A stretch of DNA of 64,000 nucleotides, from NCBI GenBank assembly GCA_012270795.1, contig JAAXHO010000056.1:18486-82485 (forward strand), read 5' to 3'. This DNA comes from Candidatus Poribacteria bacterium (lineage in GTDB: Bacteria; Poribacteria; WGA-4E; WGA-3G). The position numbers and the translations under genes are program-made. Below are positions 1-10,021 of this stretch, piece after piece (position 1 is the stretch's first letter; each line of letters begins with the position of its first letter). The notes beneath the pieces are model-generated. The model worked only from the letters and a program-made list of their open reading frames with translations, was not told where the DNA came from and searched no databases.

Positions 1-7
1 TTCTTTG

Positions 8-32
8 GTAGGAGCGACCTCCTGGTCGCGAC
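8..32 (+). repeat. GTAG-type REP-like hairpin (family C)
   Basis: GTAGGAGCGACCTCCTGGTCGCGAC; near-identical copies at 18127, 20362, 36209 and about 56053-56164. Confidence 0.7.
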
Positions 33-160
33 GCGCACATGTTGTCTCTTGTAGAAAACGTTTCTCATCCCTTCAGAATTATGCAACCGTTTTGCATCTA
101 ATTTGCGTCAGTATATTACAATATGCGAATAATCAAGTTATCGCTTACGGATGGCATGCT

Positions 161-1069
161 ATGAAAAATGACATTGTTGAACTCATCCAACGAATCCTCG
201 CTGACGATGAAGCAGCATTTACCGAACTTGTAAATCAATACAAAAAACAAGTTCACGCGCTTGCATGGCGAAAAACTCAAGATTACCATATCGCACAAGA
301 CATTACACAGGAAGTCTTCCTAAAAGTCTTTCAAGAACTTCACACACTGAGAGACCCGCCCCTTTTTTCAGGCTGGCTCTACGTAATAACTGCTAACTTA
401 TGCGCAACATGGCACCGCAAAAAACGGATACCAACGCAACCATTGGAAAACGAAGAAATCACAATGCAAGAGAAAGATTTCTATTCCCAACATGTCGTTG
501 AAGAACGGACAAAAACTGCTGTTGAGGCACAACGTGAAGTTGTCAAAAAACTACTCGCAAAACTGAAAGAGAGTGAACGCACAGTCATGACACTTCACTA
601 TCTCGGTGAGATGACAATAGAAGATATAAGCAAGTTTATCGGAGTTTCTGCGGGAACGATCAAAAGCCGCCTGCAACGCGCACGCAACCGGTTACAGAAG
701 GAGGAAACGATGATTAAAGAAGCACTCGAACATTTTCAAATTACACCTAACCTGACCGACAATATTTTAAAAGAAGTTGCTCGTTTAAAACCTACTACAC
801 CTGCTGCCAGCAAACCTTTAATCCCTTGGGTAGTTGCTACAACAGGGGCTGTCTTAATTGTAATAATGTTGGGCATAAGCAGCCAATTCTCAACCCGGTT
901 CCAGCAACCCTATAGCTTAGATGCACAGACTGAAACGACAGTTGAACTCATTGATGCACCACTTTTACTAAATCTTGATTCAAAACCTGATGCGCGTCGC
1001 CAACTCGGTAATGCAAACGCCCCGGCAATACGAATAACAGTCAACAGAATCCAGATGAGGTATCATTAG
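161..1069 (+). CDS. ECF (sigma-70 family) sigma factor, N-terminal part of a frameshifted sigma-TM-beta-propeller fusion
   Basis: Region 2 (AQDITQEVFLKVF...FSGWLYVIT) and region 4 (ERTVMTLHYL..MTIEDISKFIGVSAGTIKSRLQRAR), then a TM helix (PWVVATTGAVLIVIMLG). Coding continues in the -1 frame from about 1021. Confidence 0.85.
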   Translation: MKNDIVELIQRILADDEAAFTELVNQYKKQVHALAWRKTQDYHIAQDITQEVFLKVFQELHTLRDPPLFSGWLYVITANLCATWHRKKRIPTQPLENEEITMQEKDFYSQHVVEERTKTAVEAQREVVKKLLAKLKESERTVMTLHYLGEMTIEDISKFIGVSAGTIKSRLQRARNRLQKEETMIKEALEHFQITPNLTDNILKEVARLKPTTPAASKPLIPWVVATTGAVLIVIMLGISSQFSTRFQQPYSLDAQTETTVELIDAPLLLNLDSKPDARRQLGNANAPAIRITVNRIQMRYH

Positions 1070-2595
1070 CAGCTGTCCAAGATAACGCTGGAGACGATTC
1101 TATATCTAAAAAACAGTGGATTGAGTATGAACGTGAATCATTCGTTAATCCAAGTAATTTACTGGCGACACCTGAAGGTGAACTTTATACTTTATCTGGA
1201 TGGGGACACCTCTACAAATTGAAAAACAATGGTGAAAGTTGGGAATATATCATTGATATGAGTTTATTAGAAAAAAATTTTGTGGATGGTGACACGCTTA
1301 TGGCAAAGTGGAACGGTATCCTATATATGATGTGGCATAATAAATTCTATGCTTCTAAAGATGACGGAAAAACGTGGGATTTGATACATGAACTGGAAAT
1401 GCCTGCTGGGACAAGTTCAAGGTTTTGGTATCCGGTGGATCTGGTGTTAACGGAAAAGACTTTCTATCTGATTTTCTCAGAAACAGCATATCGTTCTGAA
1501 GACCAAGGCAAAACTTGGAAAGAGATGAGCGATGAATTTACAAACCCACCCGATTCTATCATAGTTATACAAGACACACTATTTGCGACATCAGACACAG
1601 AACTCTATCGCAAGGGCAATGATAGTTGGAAAAGATTAGAATTGCCAACTCCTGAAGAAGTTAATGTACATACAGTTGCAGGAACGAAAGATTATTTGTA
1701 TGTAATGGTAATAGACCCCTACTTCATTCCTGGCGTGGCAAATGAGGGAAGACAGCGCGCGTGGTGGATTCTGCGTTCAACGGACTTAGGGAATACATGG
1801 AAGGATATAACACCGACAAACGCTTGGCCAATAAAAGGAGAACCACCCTATGCAACGCTAATCGCTACTGGTGAGAACATCTTGATAATGGAGAAAGGTA
1901 TGGTTGCATCAACTGATGCAGGAGACACATGGCTGCCTCCGTTGAAACCCAATGTTTCCCCTTCAATGGATTCTTATTCACCTGCAGCTGTATTAAATGA
2001 CCGTATCATCTATGTTGGTAGTGACGAAGGTTTCAAACGTTCAAGTGATGGCGGAAAATCATGGGACAGTGTTGAGATTCCCGCAAAAAGGAAGTTTACA
2101 CGAAATATAGATAATCTAATCGTGTATGATGGAAGCGAGAAATCCCAAAAAGCCCGTCCAGCAGTCTATGCAAAGTCTTGGATAACAATAGTAAAAACTA
2201 CCGACAAAGGAAAATCATGGAAATCCATAAAACTGGATGTACCAATGACAGCATCTGTAAGAGATGATCAACCTAAAATCCTCAGAATAATAAACGCTGA
2301 TGATATACTTTATGCAAAAGGTGAAAGGGTTACCGATGAAGTCAATCTCTATCAGATTTCCGATGATGGTAATACGTTAAATCAGATTAAAGGTCCGCCA
2401 ACCCTGAATTCCAGAATGTTAATGAACAAGTTACGGCATATCAGAAATAACCCTCCTGCTTCGTCAGATAAGTCTTATGTTGAAGAACTGCAAGAAAACT
2501 TTGTTGGCGCAACACAATTTTTCAAGGATTTGGTAGAATTAGCACAAAGTGATTTTCAAAACCAACACTTTCTATCATCGCCTTCAAAGATATAA
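1021..2595 (+). CDS. Extracytoplasmic BNR/Asp-box beta-propeller part of the ECF fusion (no start of its own)
   Basis: Asp-box motifs SKDDGKTW, SEDQGKTW, STDLGNTW, STDAGDTW, SSDGGKSW, TTDKGKSW. Frame is open from 1021 (PGNTNNSQQNPDEVSLAAVQ...) into the TTG-called ORF at 1219. Confidence 0.75.
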   Translation, partial: PGNTNNSQQNPDEVSLAAVQDNAGDDSISKKQWIEYERESFVNPSNLLATPEGELYTLSGWGHLYKLKNNGESWEYIIDMSLLEKNFVDGDTLMAKWNGILYMMWHNKFYASKDDGKTWDLIHELEMPAGTSSRFWYPVDLVLTEKTFYLIFSETAYRSEDQGKTWKEMSDEFTNPPDSIIVIQDTLFATSDTELYRKGNDSWKRLELPTPEEVNVHTVAGTKDYLYVMVIDPYFIPGVANEGRQRAWWILRSTDLGNTWKDITPTNAWPIKGEPPYATLIATGENILIMEKGMVASTDAGDTWLPPLKPNVSPSMDSYSPAAVLNDRIIYVGSDEGFKRSSDGGKSWDSVEIPAKRKFTRNIDNLIVYDGSEKSQKARPAVYAKSWITIVKTTDKGKSWKSIKLDVPMTASVRDDQPKILRIINADDILYAKGERVTDEVNLYQISDDGNTLNQIKGPPTLNSRMLMNKLRHIRNNPPASSDKSYVEELQENFVGATQFFKDLVELAQSDFQNQHFLSSPSKI

Positions 2596-2900
2596 AATGC
2601 TTAGGACCCAAAGTCTATGTAGCAACGGATGCTGGTGTAACTATGTCAAAAAATGAAACACAATGGCAAGCTATCACTGATGCAGCAGGTGAAAATCTCG
2701 TTATGGAACACTTAGCTGTTGATGATAAATGGCTTTGTGGAATTACTGAGAATACAGGGATTTATCTATTAGTAAATGACACATGGGAACAAATTGTATC
2801 AGAGATTCTTGATAAAGTGACCTCTCTCGCTATTGATGGAAATACATTATACGTCGGCACACTGAAGCGCGGTATGCTCCACTACAATCTTTCAGAATAA
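2553..2900 (+). CDS. Last propeller blades of the ECF fusion, in a third frame
   Basis: Frame is open from 2553 (..AFKDIKCLGPKVYVATDAGVTMSK..SLAIDGNTLYVGT) and reads as propeller blades. Confidence 0.6.
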   Translation, partial: FSKPTLSIIAFKDIKCLGPKVYVATDAGVTMSKNETQWQAITDAAGENLVMEHLAVDDKWLCGITENTGIYLLVNDTWEQIVSEILDKVTSLAIDGNTLYVGTLKRGMLHYNLSE

Positions 2901-2933
2901 AACAACGAACCTTCAAGCGAGGCAATCTCTTCT

Positions 2934-3006
2934 GTAGGAACGACCCGGGGAATGCCATTGGGCGAATGCGCGCATGACATTCCCCATGATTCATACCGTT
3001 GATTTC
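2934..3006 (-). repeat. REP family C variant segment
   Basis: Reverse complement GAAATCAACGGTATGAAT...GGCATTCCCCGGGTCG matches about 56075-56142. Confidence 0.55.
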
Positions 3007-3069
3007 GCACTATAATGGAAAATAGGATGTTTGTGCAAAAACTTTGCACACCTGAACACCCCCCAAAAT

Positions 3070-3098
3070 TTGACAATTCACACATTTCATGTTATAAT
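3070..3098 (+). promoter_or_regulatory. Sigma-70 promoter of the epimerase/dehydrogenase operon
   Basis: Perfect TTGACA-17 bp-TATAAT with an extended -10 TG. Confidence 0.8.
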
Positions 3099-3138
3099 GT
3101 TAAAATAAGTAAACTTGCGATTGGATTGGAGAAATAAC

Positions 3139-3870
3139 TTGCCGACTCCTGAAAGGCAACACCCTAATACCACAGAGGCAAAGATTCGCATAGCACCCTC
3201 CGTGATGTGTGCCGATCTCTGTAATTTGGAAACAGACATTCGGGAATTGGAGAAATCGGGAATAAACCTGCTACATTTTGACTTGATGGACGCACACTTC
3301 GTGCCAAATATGCCGATAGGTTTGGCACTCATTGACCAATTACGACAAAAAACAGATTGCGATTTCGACATTCACCTGATGGTGGAAAATAACGATTTTT
3401 TCGTGGAAGCAGTTGCGGACATTGGCGTTCAACAAATCGCTGTCCATGCAGAAGCTGCAACGCATCTGGATAGAACTCTATCAGAAATTCAAGGACATGG
3501 TATAAAAGCAGGGGTCGCTTTGAACCCAGCGACACCACTTTTCGCGATGCAGTATGTTATTGATCGACTTGACTTTGTGCTCATTATGACGGTCAATCCG
3601 GGTTTCGCTGGCCAGAAATTGGTGCCAGCGACACTACAAAAAATTGTGGATTGTCAAGCATTTTTGAATGAACGCGGTGTGAATATCCCCATTGAAGTGG
3701 ATGGGAACGTCAGTTTTCAAAATATACCGAAAATGGTTGCAGCAGGCGCGGACATCTTAGTCGGTGGCAGCAGTAGTGTTTTTCATAAAACAGGTTCGCG
3801 CTCAGAAAATATAGAAAAAATACATCAAGCCATTTCACTTGGACTTGCCAAAAGAGGGTGTGATGCATAA
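3139..3870 (+). CDS. rpe: Ribulose-phosphate 3-epimerase family (Rpe/AlsE-like)
   Basis: IAPSVMCAD, HFDLMDAHFVPN, DIHLMV, MTVNPGFAGQ, EVDG. TTG start with GGAG RBS. Confidence 0.85.
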   Translation: MPTPERQHPNTTEAKIRIAPSVMCADLCNLETDIRELEKSGINLLHFDLMDAHFVPNMPIGLALIDQLRQKTDCDFDIHLMVENNDFFVEAVADIGVQQIAVHAEAATHLDRTLSEIQGHGIKAGVALNPATPLFAMQYVIDRLDFVLIMTVNPGFAGQKLVPATLQKIVDCQAFLNERGVNIPIEVDGNVSFQNIPKMVAAGADILVGGSSSVFHKTGSRSENIEKIHQAISLGLAKRGCDA

Positions 3871-4927
3871 CAATTTGATGCAGGCACTTGTCCTGTATGA
3901 TGTTGGGGATTTGCGGTTAGCACAAATACCCATTCCAAACGTCTCTGAAGGACAGGTCCGAATTCGAATCGGCTTTTGTGGTGTTTGTGGTTCAGATATT
4001 CCGAGGGTATTCTCTAAAGGCACTTACAGTTTTCCCACTGTCTGCGGACATGAATTTGCTGGAACAATAGATAAATGCGGTTCAGGTGTTGAAGACTTCA
4101 CGGAAGGTGATAAGGTAGTCGTTTTTCCACTGATCTGGTGTGGTAAGTGTGATGCCTGTGAAAGAGGCAAATATGTCCAATGCAGCGATTACGATTACCT
4201 CGGTTCGAGAAGTGACGGTGCTTTTGCCGAATATGTTGTCGCACCGAAAGAGAATATTATCCGTGTTCCAGATGACGTTTCATTAGAAGAAGCAGCACAG
4301 ACTGAACCCGCTGCTGTAGCACTCCATGCCTTGCGGAGAGTACAAGATACGTTTGTCAACAAGACAGTAGCAATCTTCGGAGCCGGCCCGATAGGATTGA
4401 TGGTAGCGCAGTGGGCAAGGATAATGGGGACTGCACAGATATCCTTGTTTGATATTGTCACGGAGAAACTTGAGTTAGCAAAACGTCTCGGCTTTACTAG
4501 TGTCTTTAACAGCAGATTAGGAGATCCTGTTGATGCAGTGAACGCACAGACTGAAGGCAAAGGAGCACATGTTTGTATTGAAGCAGCAGGAGTACCGCAA
4601 ACTTTTCTTCATGCATTAGGTAGTGTGCGGCGCGGTGGCAGGGCAGTCTTGCTTGGTAACCCTATTGCAGATGTACCCCTACCCGCATCGCTTATCTCAC
4701 AACTTATGCGACGTGAGGTTCGCGTCTTAGGAACATGGAACTCCGATTTTAGCGTATCTGGAAACGATGACGATTGGCGAACAGTACTACAAACAGTGGC
4801 TTCTGGCAAATTGGACCTCTCACCGCTGATTACACACAAGGTTCCGTTAACAGATGGCACAAAAATGCTACACATGATGAAGGAAAAAAGCGAGTTTTAT
4901 GCAAAGGTGCTTATACATCCAACATAA
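3863..4927 (+). CDS. Zn-dependent polyol(-phosphate) dehydrogenase, GatD-like
   Basis: CGSD, GHEFAG, structural Zn C-x2-C-x2-C-x7-C, GAGPIG. Start overlaps the rpe stop. Confidence 0.85.
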   Translation: MHNNLMQALVLYDVGDLRLAQIPIPNVSEGQVRIRIGFCGVCGSDIPRVFSKGTYSFPTVCGHEFAGTIDKCGSGVEDFTEGDKVVVFPLIWCGKCDACERGKYVQCSDYDYLGSRSDGAFAEYVVAPKENIIRVPDDVSLEEAAQTEPAAVALHALRRVQDTFVNKTVAIFGAGPIGLMVAQWARIMGTAQISLFDIVTEKLELAKRLGFTSVFNSRLGDPVDAVNAQTEGKGAHVCIEAAGVPQTFLHALGSVRRGGRAVLLGNPIADVPLPASLISQLMRREVRVLGTWNSDFSVSGNDDDWRTVLQTVASGKLDLSPLITHKVPLTDGTKMLHMMKEKSEFYAKVLIHPT

Positions 4928-4971
4928 AATTGAAAACGGGTATTAGGCACTCACAATAAAAAAAGGAAACT

Positions 4972-6024
4972 ATGAAAGCGGCTATATTTGAAAGCCTTGA
5001 AAATCTAAGTGTACAAGATGTTCCGGAACCGGAAATAGATAACGACTCTGCACTGATGCGCGTCGAAGCAGTCAGTATTTGTGGATCAGATGTCCGTATC
5101 TTCCATCATGGCAATCCCCGAGTCAAACCCCCAACAATTATCGGACACGAAAATTCAGGTGTAATTGTCAAAGTCGGTAAAAATGTGACACGTGTGAAGA
5201 AAGGTGACCGCGTCTCCATCGGTGCGGATGTACCTTGTGGACAATGCCATTGGTGCCGTAACGGACTCGGCAACAACTGCGAAATTAACTACGCTATCGG
5301 TTACCAGATACCTGGTGCATTCGCCCAATATATGAAACTCCCCCGACTGGTGCTGGAAGAAGGACCTGTTACCCCATTTGACACCACCCTCAGTTTTGAT
5401 GAAGCTGCCCTCGCTGAACCCCTTGCATGTGCAATAAATGGACTTGAATTAGTCAATATGTCTCTCGGTAAAACCGTTGTCATTATCGGTTTGGGACCAA
5501 TCGGTTGTATGATAATTGACCTTGCTCGCGTGATGGGGGCAACTAAAGTAATCGGCATTCAACGCAGTAAACTCCGAATGGAGATCGCAAAATTTTACGA
5601 AGCGGATGTCTATATCGCCTCTGAAGAGGAGGATGTGGTGGAACGCTGCCGAGAAGAAACAGATGGAGAAGGACCAGATATAGTCGTCACAACATGCGCG
5701 TCCGTTGAAGCACACGAACAGGGGGTTGAAATGGTAGCACACCGCGGGTATGTCAATCTGTTCGGTGGATTGCCAAAAACCATGCGACCAATGAGTGTGC
5801 TTTCCAACACAATACACTATAAAGAATGTTTTGTTACCGGTTCACATGGATGTGTGCCACGGCACCATGAATTAGCAGTTCGACTCCTTGAAAAAGGTTT
5901 AGTCCGTGTACAACCACTTATCACACATCATTTTCCACTTGTTGAAATTGAAAAAGCTTTTGAAGCAATGGAATCCCGAAAGGGTATGAAGATTATGATT
6001 CATCCTCACGCTGCACCTACATAA
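4972..6024 (+). CDS. Zn-dependent alcohol/polyol dehydrogenase (iditol 2-dehydrogenase-like)
   Basis: ICGSD, GHENSG, CGQCHWCRNG..C, GLGPIG. Confidence 0.85.
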   Translation: MKAAIFESLENLSVQDVPEPEIDNDSALMRVEAVSICGSDVRIFHHGNPRVKPPTIIGHENSGVIVKVGKNVTRVKKGDRVSIGADVPCGQCHWCRNGLGNNCEINYAIGYQIPGAFAQYMKLPRLVLEEGPVTPFDTTLSFDEAALAEPLACAINGLELVNMSLGKTVVIIGLGPIGCMIIDLARVMGATKVIGIQRSKLRMEIAKFYEADVYIASEEEDVVERCREETDGEGPDIVVTTCASVEAHEQGVEMVAHRGYVNLFGGLPKTMRPMSVLSNTIHYKECFVTGSHGCVPRHHELAVRLLEKGLVRVQPLITHHFPLVEIEKAFEAMESRKGMKIMIHPHAAPT

Positions 6025-6055
6025 TACAGCGCAGCACAAATAACAAGAAACAATT

Positions 6056-6571
6056 ATGAGTGATTTTACCAAATTTATAAGAGACATACCGAATTTCCCT
6101 AAACCCGGCGTGTCTTTTAAAGATATTACACCACTATTAGGAAATGGATCAGCCTTTAATGCTGCAGTTGAAGTATTTGTAAACCGTTTTAGATCAGAAG
6201 TGATAGATGTCATCGTAGGCATTGACGCTCGAGGTTTTATTCTCGGCGCAGCTCTAGCACATCGTCTAGGTATCGGCTTTGTTCCTATCCGTAAAAGTGG
6301 CAAGTTACCCTTTGATTGCTATGAAGTGACCTACGACCTTGAATACGGTGCTGACACACTCGCCATCCATCAAGATGCTTTTCCAAGAGGAAGCCGCGTC
6401 CTTGTATGTGATGACGTATTAGCTACCGGTGGAACTTTGGCAGCATCGGTTGAACTCGTCAAAAAAGTTGGTGGGAACATAGTAGGCATCGCACTGTTTT
6501 TAGAGCTTACAGAATTTGAGGGGCGAAAGAAAGTAGGAAATCAGCCGATCTTTTCTCTCGTCGAATTTTAG
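6056..6571 (+). CDS. apt: Adenine phosphoribosyltransferase
   Basis: IRDIPNFPKPGVSFKDIT, DARGF, RKSGKLP, DDVLATGGT. Confidence 0.95.
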   Translation: MSDFTKFIRDIPNFPKPGVSFKDITPLLGNGSAFNAAVEVFVNRFRSEVIDVIVGIDARGFILGAALAHRLGIGFVPIRKSGKLPFDCYEVTYDLEYGADTLAIHQDAFPRGSRVLVCDDVLATGGTLAASVELVKKVGGNIVGIALFLELTEFEGRKKVGNQPIFSLVEF

Positions 6572-6652
6572 CAGAGACTGTGCTTTAATTTCATTTTACG
6601 CATATCAAAAGAATGCAACAGATTGTAACAAAAATAAGGTTTAGCGGTAAGC

Positions 6653-6725
6653 GCGCCTGTAGCTCAGGGGATAGAGCAGGGGCTTCCTAAGCCTCGTGTC
6701 GGGGGTTCGATTCCTCCCAGGCGCA
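6653..6725 (+). tRNA. tRNA-Arg(CCT)
   Basis: Acceptor GCGCCTG/CAGGCGC, anticodon arm GGGGC-TTCCTAA-GCCTC, T arm GGTTCGATTCC. CCA is not fully encoded (CCT follows). Confidence 0.95.
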
Positions 6726-6789
6726 CCTACAAAACTTTCTGTAGTATTCTACCGTACAAAAATATCGTTTTAGAATATAGGAGCATTTG

Positions 6790-8736
6790 ATGTACAGATT
6801 CAATATCTGGAAAATTGTTTTAATCTTAGGTGTATTGCTGTTATCAGTTATATACCTTATCCCTACACCAGATAGATTTTACCTTCCTTTGTATGGAAAT
6901 CTACCACTGAATTTACAGGAGGTACTACCCCCATTTGAAGTCACAGATGATAGTGCTTTCAAAGTTGACTTAACTGACGTAAAATTACCGACAGGAACAA
7001 GTTTTCAAGAAGCAATCGATGAAATTCAGGTTGTCTTTAATGTCCAAATGGAAAAACTTGGATTTAAGGAAGAGGTAGACTATCAGTTTGATACGACAGA
7101 AACAAAGGAATTCTTCGTAAAACTTATCTCTGAGAAAGCGAAAGAAGAGCCTGCCACAACGTTGGAGAATTTACACCTTTTCGGAAGCCTTCCAATTACG
7201 TTGCGGAAGATACTACCCAACAACCGATTGAAGTTAGGCTTAGACCTGAAAGGTGGTGTCCACCTCGTCCTTGAAGTTGACCTTGAAAAGTCAAAAAGAG
7301 AATTGCTAAAAACAAATTCATTCTCTATTCCTGAGATGCTAAAGGCAGAAGATATCTTATGCCGTCAAGCTGAACAGGTAAGTGGTGAAGACGCACTCAA
7401 CGTGCTGGTTCAAATCCCTTCTCGATTCAAGTCTGATCCCGAACAAAAGAAAGAGTATTTGGAGAAAGCTGTCAAACTTCTAAACGATATTGAATTCTTT
7501 GAGGATGTACAAGTTATATCTGAAAAGGAAGCACAATCAACATATCAGTTACGTCTAAGTCCGAAAGGAATGCAAGAATACAGCGACAAGGCAATTCAGC
7601 AAGTATTGATTGTCTTACGCAATCGCGTAGATGCTTTCGGTGTGGCAGAACCATCTATCCGCCAGGAAGCAAACCGTCCACGTATTATCATTGAATTGCC
7701 GGGCGCAAAAGATTCCTCCGGTCCACTTCGGATTGTGCAAACGATGGGACGTTTAGAATTCAAGATGGTAAAAAAATCCCCTTCAGGCGGCAGTATATGG
7801 GCGGGTTCAGCAGATACTGTCCCACCAGATAACCTCCCCGAGGATGCCGAAATCCGTTACCATTATGAAACAGGTGGCTGGTATGTTGTGGAGAGCCCAG
7901 TGCTCCTAACAGGGCAAAACATTGATGATGCCAGACCTTCTACAGGAAATACAAGCTTTGAAATCGTTGTCCTAATGGATTTTGACAGTGAAGGTGAAAA
8001 CAAATTTGCAAAAATCACTGGCGACCATATCGGTGAACATCTTGCAATCTTGCTTGACGATAAAGTACAATCTGCCCCTGTCATCAATACACAGATTAGA
8101 GGTAATGCAGTTATTGAAGGTAGTTTTACCTTCCAAGAAGCTGAATATCTTTCAAATATCTTGAAGGCGGGTGCTTTCCCAGTCGGTGTGCAAGTTGGAG
8201 AAGAACGGACTGTCGGTCCCTCCCTCGGTCAAAAGTCTATTGAAAATGGAGTCAAAGCCGCTATTATTGGATTAGGTTTTGTCTTGGTCTTCATGATAAT
8301 CTACTACCGATTATCTGGCCTTATTGCCATTGTTGCACTCGTGTTTAATATGATAATTATACTTGGTGCGTTGGCAGGATTTGGCGCAGCACTGACACTG
8401 CCCGGTATCGCTGGACTTGTACTTACTATCGGTATGGCTGTTGATGCAAATGTCCTCATCTTTGAACGAATACGGGAGGAATTGCGATCAGGTAAAAAGG
8501 TTTGGGCTGCAATTACAAGCGGCTACCAACGCGCATTTATAACGATCTTGGATGCTAACCTCACAACGTTCTTTACTGCCCTTGTTCTTTACCATTTCGG
8601 CACTGGTCCAATTAAAGGTTTTGCAATTACGCTCGGTATTGGTATCCTTGCAAGTATGTTCACAGCAATTATTGTCACACGCGAGATATACGGGTTAGCA
8701 ATCGGAAATAGAGATGTGGAAAAATTAAGCATCTGA
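6790..8736 (+). CDS. secD: Protein translocase subunit SecD
   Basis: LGLDLKGG, LRNRVDAFGVAEP, RIIIELPG, VGPSLG, GMAVDANVLIFERIREE. Confidence 0.95.
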   Translation: MYRFNIWKIVLILGVLLLSVIYLIPTPDRFYLPLYGNLPLNLQEVLPPFEVTDDSAFKVDLTDVKLPTGTSFQEAIDEIQVVFNVQMEKLGFKEEVDYQFDTTETKEFFVKLISEKAKEEPATTLENLHLFGSLPITLRKILPNNRLKLGLDLKGGVHLVLEVDLEKSKRELLKTNSFSIPEMLKAEDILCRQAEQVSGEDALNVLVQIPSRFKSDPEQKKEYLEKAVKLLNDIEFFEDVQVISEKEAQSTYQLRLSPKGMQEYSDKAIQQVLIVLRNRVDAFGVAEPSIRQEANRPRIIIELPGAKDSSGPLRIVQTMGRLEFKMVKKSPSGGSIWAGSADTVPPDNLPEDAEIRYHYETGGWYVVESPVLLTGQNIDDARPSTGNTSFEIVVLMDFDSEGENKFAKITGDHIGEHLAILLDDKVQSAPVINTQIRGNAVIEGSFTFQEAEYLSNILKAGAFPVGVQVGEERTVGPSLGQKSIENGVKAAIIGLGFVLVFMIIYYRLSGLIAIVALVFNMIIILGALAGFGAALTLPGIAGLVLTIGMAVDANVLIFERIREELRSGKKVWAAITSGYQRAFITILDANLTTFFTALVLYHFGTGPIKGFAITLGIGILASMFTAIIVTREIYGLAIGNRDVEKLSI

Positions 8737-8850
8737 TGTTTTAGAATACAAGCATCCTAATGATTGTCAAGAATCATATAATTTCTTAAACCGCCCGACA
8801 TAAGACACGCTACTTCCAATCGGGCAAAGCGACTATAGAAGGATAAAAAA

Positions 8851-10017
8851 TTGGAATTTCTAAAAAATACAAACATTGATTTTATCAATAAACATCGTAC
8901 CGGATTTTTGGTCTCTACTGTGTTGATAACAATCGGCATCGTTTTTCTTATGTTTCATGGCGGACCGAATTTTGGTATTGACTTCCGTGGCGGTGTAAAA
9001 GTTGAAGCCGTCTTTGACAGAACAGTAACTGAAGATGAACTGAAAACTAAACTAGCTGAATTAGGCTACGAGGATGTCAAAATACAACTTGACCCGAATG
9101 AAAACAGAGCTTTCGTCTCCATGGGGCATCGCCCAGAATTTCAAGAACAGACAGTAAATATACCTATTCTGAGAGACCCTGGGGATGCAACGGCTACAAC
9201 CCTACATGTTAACAGCACTGCCGAAAAAAAACATCTGTTAAAACCTGGAGAAACCGTAGAATTGATTGACGGTGATTTACAACAACGCAACGAGATCCTC
9301 ACTGTAACACCTACTGAAGATGGCACTGCAATTCAGGTGACTTTTGCAAACGAAGTCGGGATAGATCTAACAGAAAATGCAACTATTCAAATACAAGCAA
9401 GCATCGGTGGGATTCTCACAGAAGCACTCCTTGAAGGTGGAGACGGTTGGAAAGCAGTCTCTGACAGTGTAAATGTTACTGAAGTCGGTCCCAGCGTTGG
9501 GCGCGACCTAAAATGGTCCGCACTCTGGTCAGTCCTTTCGTCAATCGCAATTTTATTGATTTACATCTCTTGGCGGTTTGAATTCCGTTTTGCCATCGGT
9601 GCTATTGCAGCACTTGTTCACGATGTGTTAATCACATTAGGGATTTTCGCGGTGTTTTCAAAAGAGATCAATTTGCCTACCGTCGCTGCATTTCTCACAA
9701 TTATCGGGTATTCACTAAACGACACAATTGTTGTATTTGACCGAATCCGAGAAAACGGTATATCTCTGCGTGGCACAGAATACACAGAGGTGCTAAACCG
9801 CAGCATCAATCAATCACTCAGCCGTACCGTTATCACCTCAATTACAACGCTTTTTGTTGTCGTTGTAATTTTCGCTTTATCCAGTTCAGGAGAAGAGATT
9901 AACACATTTGCCTTAGCTCTCATTGTAGGGGTGTTAATTGGAACATATTCCTCTGTCTTCATCGCGAGTCCAATCCTGCACATCTGGCATCAAAGACAAC
10001 ATCAAGCAAAGGCATAG
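8851..10017 (+). CDS. secF: Protein translocase subunit SecF (extra periplasmic insert)
   Basis: FGIDFRGG, VGPSVG, GYSLNDTIVVFDRIREN, SLSRTVITS. TTG start. Confidence 0.95.
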   Translation: MEFLKNTNIDFINKHRTGFLVSTVLITIGIVFLMFHGGPNFGIDFRGGVKVEAVFDRTVTEDELKTKLAELGYEDVKIQLDPNENRAFVSMGHRPEFQEQTVNIPILRDPGDATATTLHVNSTAEKKHLLKPGETVELIDGDLQQRNEILTVTPTEDGTAIQVTFANEVGIDLTENATIQIQASIGGILTEALLEGGDGWKAVSDSVNVTEVGPSVGRDLKWSALWSVLSSIAILLIYISWRFEFRFAIGAIAALVHDVLITLGIFAVFSKEINLPTVAAFLTIIGYSLNDTIVVFDRIRENGISLRGTEYTEVLNRSINQSLSRTVITSITTLFVVVVIFALSSSGEEINTFALALIVGVLIGTYSSVFIASPILHIWHQRQHQAKA

Positions 10018-10021
10018 AATT

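Noticed and set aside
6653-6725. tRNA-Arg as an integration site
   Set aside because: No duplicated tRNA 3' end and no integrase found in the window.
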